Part shown: piece by piece, positions 1-6,697 of the stretch | Position numbering within the stretch: position 1 is the stretch's first letter | How the letters are laid out: every line of letters starts with the position of its first letter | NCBI GenBank assembly: GCA_951406725.2 | Contig: CATOCA020000088.1 | Span: 1-6,697, forward strand | Direction: 5' to 3' | From: Octopus vulgaris | Taxonomy: Eukaryota | Length of the DNA: 6,697 nt | The notes under the pieces: model-generated | Told to the model about the DNA's origin: nothing | The model's database searches: none | What the model saw: the letters and a program-made list of their open reading frames with translations, nothing else | Made by a program: the position numbers and the translations under genes

Positions 1-40
1 TTTCAAGCGATGTTGGGGGGGCCAAACACAGACACACACA

Positions 41-46
<6 letters not shown>
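1..46 (-). mobile_element. Fragment of an octopus-type tRNA-derived SINE (segment adjoining its internal CA/TA microsatellite)
   Basis: tcaagcgatgttggggggg-ccaaacacagacacacaca running into a TA array matches, from recall only, the antisense strand of a very abundant Octopus SINE. Only 46 bp are visible and no database check was possible. Confidence 0.45.
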
Positions 47-1525
<1,479 letters not shown>

Positions 1526-1531
<6 letters not shown>

Positions 1532-2305
1532 TTGGCGTATATCGTTGTCTTTCGTCTCAAATGCTAGCTGAAGCATATAAACTTTCATTCACAAAAACTT
1601 CGCAAAAACATCTCGTCTCAAATTTGGTCTTTCTTTCTGTCGCTAAATTCTCTAACCCATCTTTTTCCCAACTTCCACTCATAGAAACTTATGCACACGA
1701 TCGCAAAGCATTCCATCTCAAATCCTGTCTTTCTTTCTGCCGCCTAAAAATCTCATCCTCTCCCATTGCGCGGTGTCGTTTTGTCCCTCTGTTATCACTA
1801 TGTCTCTCTCTCTCTCTCTCTCTCGCTCTCTCTCTCTCTCGCTATGTGGTGTCGGTTTCTCCCTCTGTTATCACTGTCTCTCTCTCTCTCTGTATATATA
1901 TCTCGCCTTCACTCGCTTCCACAGGCTTAGCCAATACGCAGGATGAAAAATATCAGCTAAGTCCTGTTCCTTCTTTTCATTGTTTTTGCAAGTATCATCA
2001 TCACCATCAAGCCTTCTTATTATTATTGTTTCCCCATATATTGGCGTTATCGTTGTCTTTCGTCTCAAATGCTAGCTGAAGCATATAAACTTTCATTCAC
2101 AAAAACTTCGCAAAAACATCTCGTCTCAAATTTGGTCTTTCTTTCTGTCGCTAAATTCTCTAACCCATCTTTTCCCAACTTCCACTCATAGAAACTTATG
2201 CACACGATCGCAAAGCATTCCATCTCAAATCCTGTCTTTCTTTCTGCCGCCTAAAAATCTCATCCTCTCCCATTGCGCGGTGTCGTTTTGTCCCTCTGTT
2301 ATCAC

Positions 2306-2342
<37 letters not shown>

Positions 2343-2795
2343 CTCTCTCTCTCGCTATGTGGTGTCGGTTTCTCCCTCTGTTATCACTGTCTCTCTCTCT
2401 CTCTGTATATATATCTCGCCTTCACTCGCTTCCACAGGCTTAGCCAATACGCAGGATGAAAAATATCAGCTAAGTCCTGTTCCTTCTTTTCATTGTTTTT
2501 GCAAGTATCATCATCACCATCAAGCCTTCTTATTATTATTGTTTCCCCATATATTGGCGTTATCGTTGTCTTTCGTCTCAAATGCTAGCTGAAGCATATA
2601 AACTTTCATTCACAAAAACTTCGCAAAAACATCTCGTCTCAAATTTGGTCTTTCTTTCTGTCGCTAAATTCTCTAACCCATCTTTTCCCAACTTCCACTC
2701 ATAGAAACTTATGCACACGATCGCAAAGCATTCCATCTCAAATCCTGTCTTTCTTTCTGCCGCCTAAAAATCTCATCTTCTCCCATTGCGCGGTG
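1526..2795. repeat. Tandem repeat, ~510-bp unit x 2.5 (1526-2034, 2035-2547, partial 2548-2795)
   Basis: catatattggcg recurs at 1526, 2035 and 2548. Copies are near-identical apart from (CT)n length, a T-run length, one extra A at ~1539 and one C>T at 2778. The third copy stops after cccattgcgcggtg. Confidence 0.98.
1803..1840. repeat. Interrupted (CT)n microsatellite inside tandem unit 1 (equivalent at ~2310-2353 in unit 2)
   Basis: Directly visible; tract lengths differ between the two copies. Confidence 0.95.
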
Positions 2796-2805
2796 CGCCC
2801 GCCCT

Positions 2806-3107
2806 CCCACCCCCACCACCAATACCACCCCCACCACTCCCACCACCCCCACCACCACCACCCCCACCACCAACACCACCCCCACCACCACCACCACCCC
2901 CACCACCAATACCACCCCCACCACCAATACCACCCCCACCACCAATACCACCCCCACCACCAATACCACCCCCACCACCAATACCACCCCCACCCCCAAT
3001 ACCACCCCCACCACCAATACCACCCCCACCACCAATACCACCCCCACCACCAATACCACCCCCACCACCACCAATACCCCCCCCCCCACCGCCAATACCA
3101 CCAATAC
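2806..3107. repeat. 18-bp C-rich minisatellite, consensus CCACCCCCACCACCAATA, about 16 copies
   Basis: Directly visible periodicity, with variants gaining or losing CCA triplets. The minus strand is G-rich (GGTGGGGGTGGTATTGGT). Confidence 0.95.
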
Positions 3108-3323
3108 CGGTGAACACTGTTCTCACCATCTACACCGGATACTCCCTCCTCCTCCCCCACCACCCCTTCCTACCCCTTCTCCTCATATGCTTTCACTGAG
3201 AAAAGACAAGCTGCTAGCGTCTCAGCTCATCAACCGCCCTCTGATCTTACGCTTCCTCCTGTTTTGAATCTGACACTGCCTCAATCCTACTATCTCCTTC
3301 CAGTCCCCTCCATGCCTCGTAAT

Positions 3324-3501
3324 ATCCTACGTTTTTATTTCTTACGAACCTGCACCAACCCTTCCTGCCATCGTTCCTCCTTACCCACCCAACCTTCCCC
3401 ACACCTACCCATATATATATATACACATCCTACGTTTATATTTCTTACGAACCTTCACCAACCCTTCCTGCCATCGTTCCTCCTCCCCCAACCTTCCCCA
3501 C
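3324..3501. repeat. Imperfect direct duplication, 103-bp period
   Basis: atcctacgttt(t/a)tatttcttacgaacct(g/t)caccaacccttcctgccatcgttcctcc...ccaaccttccccac starts at 3324 and again at 3427, with a short TA run between. Confidence 0.92.
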
Positions 3502-3624
3502 TGGTGCTCCCCTATATTACCTGCACCCCTTTACTATCTCTCCCTCTCTTTTCACTGGTGAAACCTTTCTCAGCTGGACCCCCCCCAACTCAACTCTACC
3601 CCGCATCCCGTTGCCCCCGTGTCC

Positions 3625-3873
3625 CTGGCACGTTAAAAGCTCGAACCGATCGTGACCGATGCCGGACCCCCCGGCCCCTGTGCAGGTGGCACGTAAAAAG
3701 CACCCAATCCACTCACGGAGTGGTTGGCGTTAGGAAGGGCATCCAGCCGTAGAAACTCTGCCAGAATCAGACTGGAGCCTGGAGCGGCCCCTGGCTTCCC
3801 AGACCCCGGTCGAACCGTCCAACCCGTGCTAGCGCGGAAAACGGACGTTAAACGATGATGATGATGATGATGA

Positions 3874-3877
<4 letters not shown>
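3625..3877 (+). mobile_element. 3' portion of an RTE-related SINE/non-autonomous retroposon with terminal stem-loop and (GAT)8 tail
   Basis: Contains tggcacgtaaaaagcaccc...gagtggttggcgttaggaagggcatccagccgtagaaa...ggacgttaaac(gat)8, recalled as a common octopus repeat end. A hairpin directly before a short tandem tail is typical of RTE/CR1-type 3' ends. The 5' boundary is uncertain. Confidence 0.7.
3854..3877 (+). repeat. (GAT)8 tail
   Basis: Eight perfect GAT units directly after ggacgttaaac. Confidence 0.97.

Positions 3878-3939
<62 letters not shown>
3876..3939. repeat. Perfect (AT)32 microsatellite
   Basis: Directly visible. Confidence 0.99.
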
Positions 3940-3942
<3 letters not shown>

Positions 3943-4163
3943 CTGCAAGAAAGAAAAAAGAAGCATCTCTCCCGAAAAAAATCCCGTAAACCAAAAAAAA
4001 ATTATCCAGACCACATTGTTGGATTAAGTATCAATTTCATCTATTTCATATTTTATTTATTATTCTATTTTATCTTTCACTTAGGCCCACATCTTAGTTA
4101 AAGTTGCGATCGTCATTTGGTTTGTTTACATTTTCAATAACTGTTCTCGATATAATAATTTTC

Positions 4164-5148
4164 CAGATACTCTATCTTCTAATTAGCCTTAAGATTAAAT
4201 TAAATAACGTTTAATATTGATGCCGTCAAATTAGCCTTAGGATTAAATTAAATAACGTTTAATATAGTTTAATATTGTTAATAATTATTATTAATTAGCC
4301 TTAAGATTAAATTAAATAACGTTTAATATTGTTTTAATATTGTTAATAATTTTTCAGATACTCTATCTTCTAATTAGGCTTAAGATTAAATTAAATAACG
4401 TTTAATATTAATAACGTCTAATTAGCCTTAGGATTAAATTAAATAACGTTTAATATTGTTAATAATTATTGTTAATTAGCCTTAGGATTAAATTAAATAA
4501 CGTTTAATATTGTTTAATATTGTTAATAATTATTGTTAATTAGCCTTAGGATTAAATTAAATAACGTTTAATATTGTTTAATATTGTTAATAATTATTGT
4601 TAATTAGCCTTAAGATTAAATTAAATAACGTTTAATATTGTTTTAATATTGTTAATACTTCTTCAGATACTCTATCTTCTAATTAGCCTTAAGATTAAAT
4701 TAAATAACGTTTAATATTGTTTTAATATTGATAATACTTCTTCAGATACTCTATCTTCTAATTAGCCTTAAGATTAAATTAAATAACGTTTAATATTACC
4801 CACACTCCTAATATAATATTAACATTGCTAATATATTTTCAGATACTCTATCTTCTAATTAGCCTTAAGATTAAATTAAATAACGTTTAATATTACCCAC
4901 ACTCTAATATAATATTAACATTGCTAATATATTTTCAGATACTCTATCTCCTGATTAGCCCTTAAGATTAAATAACGTTTTTATCCACACTCTAATATAA
5001 TATTAATATTGCTAATATATTTTCAGATACTCTATCTCTAATTAGCCTTAAGATTAAATAACGTTTTTACCCAAATAACGTTTTTACACAAACTTTAATA
5101 TTGTTAATATTTCTTTTTCAAGTACTCTATCTTCTAATTAGCCTTAAT
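4164..5148. repeat. AT-rich modular tandem array, 14 copies of core TTAGCCTTA(A/G)GATTAAA, spacing 48-97 bp
   Basis: The core, with minor variants, starts at about 4183, 4231, 4295, 4374, 4422, 4476, 4540, 4604, 4683, 4762, 4859, 4955, 5042 and 5138. An optional module cagatactctatct occurs at 4164, 4355, 4664, 4743, 4840, 4936 and 5024, and degenerate at ~5119. Confidence 0.96.
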
Positions 5149-5208
5149 ATCTTCCTGTCTTCTCTCGAACATAATTAGATAGATAAACGGATAGACGGAT
5201 TATCCAGC

Positions 5209-5409
5209 ATGTCCAGAGCATGGAGACGTGACGAGCTGGATCTATTCGTACGAGCATGGGAGTGCGCCGGCGGAGATAGCCCTAGCGAGGTGATTGCGGC
5301 TGCGCTGAAGAGCAGAGGCTACAAGAGGACAGCGGCTCAGATGGAGCGAAAGAGACAGGAATTCGTGCGCTCATATGCGCTTGTACCGGTCGCACATTGG
5401 CGCACTTGA
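5209..5409 (+). CDS. ORF1 N-terminal segment, Myb/SANT-like (trihelix/MADF-type) DNA-binding domain
   Basis: MSRAWRRDELDLFVRAW...VIAAALKSRGYKRTAAQMERKRQEFVRSY fits the W-x3-E-x6/7-W...IA-x2-L-x3-G-x2-R-T-x2-Q-x3-K pattern of Myb_DNA-bind_4-like domains. It starts at the first ATG after the AT-rich array, where GC content rises sharply. Confidence 0.65.
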   Translation: MSRAWRRDELDLFVRAWECAGGDSPSEVIAAALKSRGYKRTAAQMERKRQEFVRSYALVPVAHWRT

Positions 5410-6121
5410 TGCCATCTTTGAGAACGAGCGGGGCAAAGATGGCAAGAATGGAGACGATGAAAGAAGTCACCCCCACCTGGTGGACGCCCAGGAGGAGGTT
5501 TTGAATGAGAAACCTGCCCGGGAAGTGAACCCAGGTGCAAGTTCTCCAACCGGCAGCAAGGGCCATGGAGACGGAGAACCCGGTGAAGAGGTAGAGGGAG
5601 GAAGAAGAACTAAAAGAAGGACTGGAAGAGCTAAAGGAAAAGAAAAAGCTCAAGCAGGACCAAAGAGTGAAACAACCAGGAGTAGAAGTGGAACCGCAAA
5701 GGATGGAACCAAACAGCGCACACGGGTGTGTATGTTCTACCTGAGAGGTTCCTGCTGGCACGGAAAGGAAGGTGCAGGCTGCCGCTTTGCACATCGGGGA
5801 CCCTGCCACAGAGACACGAGGCAGATGGACAAACCATCAACACAAAGAAAAGGGATGGACTACGCACCACCTGCCCCAAAGCGGAGGTACGCAGATGTTG
5901 TGCGCGCCACAAACAGCCAACATGATGTTGTCGAAAGGGCAGCTGCTGAGCAACAATCTTTTTTGTGCATGGCACAAAAGATTGTACAGCAGCTGACCTG
6001 GCTTCATCAAACCCAAGCCCGCAGGTGGGACTACCCACTATATACCAGACCACCACAGCAAACAGACACAGGATGGACACCGCCGGCAACAACGTACACC
6101 TCACCTCGATACTCCTACTGA
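5375..6121 (+). CDS. ORF1 main segment of the LINE: charged/basic linker, CCCH zinc finger, YADVV motif
   Basis: CMFYLRGSCWHGKEGAGCRFAH (C-x7-C-x8-C-x3-H, 5729-5794), basic NLS-like stretches, PKRRYADVV, and position directly upstream of and overlapping the APE ORF. Confidence 0.75.
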   Translation: MRLYRSHIGALDAIFENERGKDGKNGDDERSHPHLVDAQEEVLNEKPAREVNPGASSPTGSKGHGDGEPGEEVEGGRRTKRRTGRAKGKEKAQAGPKSETTRSRSGTAKDGTKQRTRVCMFYLRGSCWHGKEGAGCRFAHRGPCHRDTRQMDKPSTQRKGMDYAPPAPKRRYADVVRATNSQHDVVERAAAEQQSFLCMAQKIVQQLTWLHQTQARRWDYPLYTRPPQQTDTGWTPPATTYTSPRYSY

Positions 6122-6697
6122 ACATCAGAGGACTGCAAACACTCAGTAACAGGACAAAGATCCCGTTCCTGAGAGACTTTGTTGCATGCAATCAAGCCTT
6201 ATGCATAGCACTTACAGAAACGCACCTGAAACCGGACATAGCAGATGCGGAGTTACACATACCACAGTATGCTGTACTACGGACCGACAGGAAAGAAAGG
6301 AGTCATGGAGGTGTTGCTATGTACATCCGTGAGGACCTCACACCCCAGGTCCTCTTGTCATACTCAAACTCGGTGTGTGACACACTAATTGTACATATTA
6401 GGCAACTTGATGTAGTTGTGTGTGCTACATATCGCCCTCCAGATGCCCCAAGCCATGTGGGCAAGTTCGAAGACTGCCTTATAAAAATAGAAGAAATTCT
6501 AACCACATTAGAACAACACATAGGTGTGCTTCTTATGGGAGACTTCAATCTGCCCAATGTCAGATGGCCCGAGGGCCTTTCTCTCCCAGGAATGACAAGA
6601 TGTGAATGAGGACAGGCGAGGTCCCTCCTGAACCTCATCAACACCCTGTACATGGAGCAGGTAATACTCCAACCAACCAGGGCAGGTAACACACTGG
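6073..6697 (+). pseudogene. LINE ORF2 N-terminus, apurinic/apyrimidinic-like endonuclease (EEP superfamily), interrupted by TGA at 6607-6609
   Basis: Motifs LLNIRGL, IALTETHL, RTDR...GGVAMYI, YRPP and LMGDFNLPNVRW are present. After the stop the same frame continues GQARSLLNLINTLYMEQVILQPTRAGNTL, matching the conserved PTR..N.LD region. The first ATG is at 6073; the frame is open from 5950. Confidence 0.93.

Larger units (their letters stand above)
3940..6697 (+). mobile_element. 5' part of a non-LTR retrotransposon (APE-type, probably CR1/L2 group), running off the window end; likely a defective copy
   Basis: Order is putative 5' UTR, ORF1 with CCCH finger, then overlapping ORF2 with APE motifs. 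The 5' boundary at the end of (AT)32 is an inference. Confidence 0.85.

Noticed and set aside
1871-2592. Duplicated 65-aa and 77-aa ORFs in the 510-bp units
   Set aside because: Short, partly microsatellite-encoded, no recognisable motif; their identity merely reflects the DNA duplication.
2806-3107. Telomeric repeat
   Set aside because: The unit is not TTAGGG-like and the array is internal.
2709-3199. Poly-Pro (formin FH1-like), poly-Gly, His-rich, Trp-rich and Val-rich ORFs
   Set aside because: Five frames are open only because of the 18-bp minisatellite; there is no flanking domain or exon evidence.
3264-4014. 162-aa (+) and 61-aa (-) ORFs
   Set aside because: They cross C-rich duplicated DNA, the SINE end and microsatellites; no domain signature.
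4164-5148. CRISPR-like repeat/spacer appearance
   Set aside because: The intervening sequences are themselves repeated modules rather than unique spacers, there are no cas genes, and the context is eukaryotic.
5965-6072. ORF2 start at 5965 as given in the track
   Set aside because: The codon at 5965 is GTG, an unlikely eukaryotic start; ATG 6073 or frameshift entry is more plausible.
5282-6692. Antisense and alternative-frame ORFs over the LINE (175, 70, 186, 65, 74, 129 and 61 aa)
   Set aside because: Shadow ORFs of the coding region with no motifs of their own.

Overview
Eukaryotic, entirely repeat-derived window with no recognisable host gene. Two short repeats resemble abundant octopus (cephalopod) SINE sequences, from recall only. 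Left to right: a 46-bp SINE-like fragment; a ~1.5-kb interrupted (TA)n array; a 2.35-kb composite block bounded by TA arrays; (AT)32; and the 5' portion of a CR1/L2-group non-LTR retrotransposon. The composite block holds 2.5 copies of a ~510-bp unit, an 18-bp C-rich minisatellite, a 103-bp-period duplication, and an RTE/SINE-type 3' end with a stem-loop and (GAT)8. The LINE has a ~1-kb modular AT-rich tandem array in its putative 5' UTR. Its ORF1 region combines a Myb/SANT (trihelix)-like N-terminus, split off by a frame change, with a CCCH zinc finger. ORF2 encodes an APE endonuclease, overlaps ORF1 in the -1 frame and carries an in-frame TGA. Most long ORFs in the supplied track are low-complexity artefacts.
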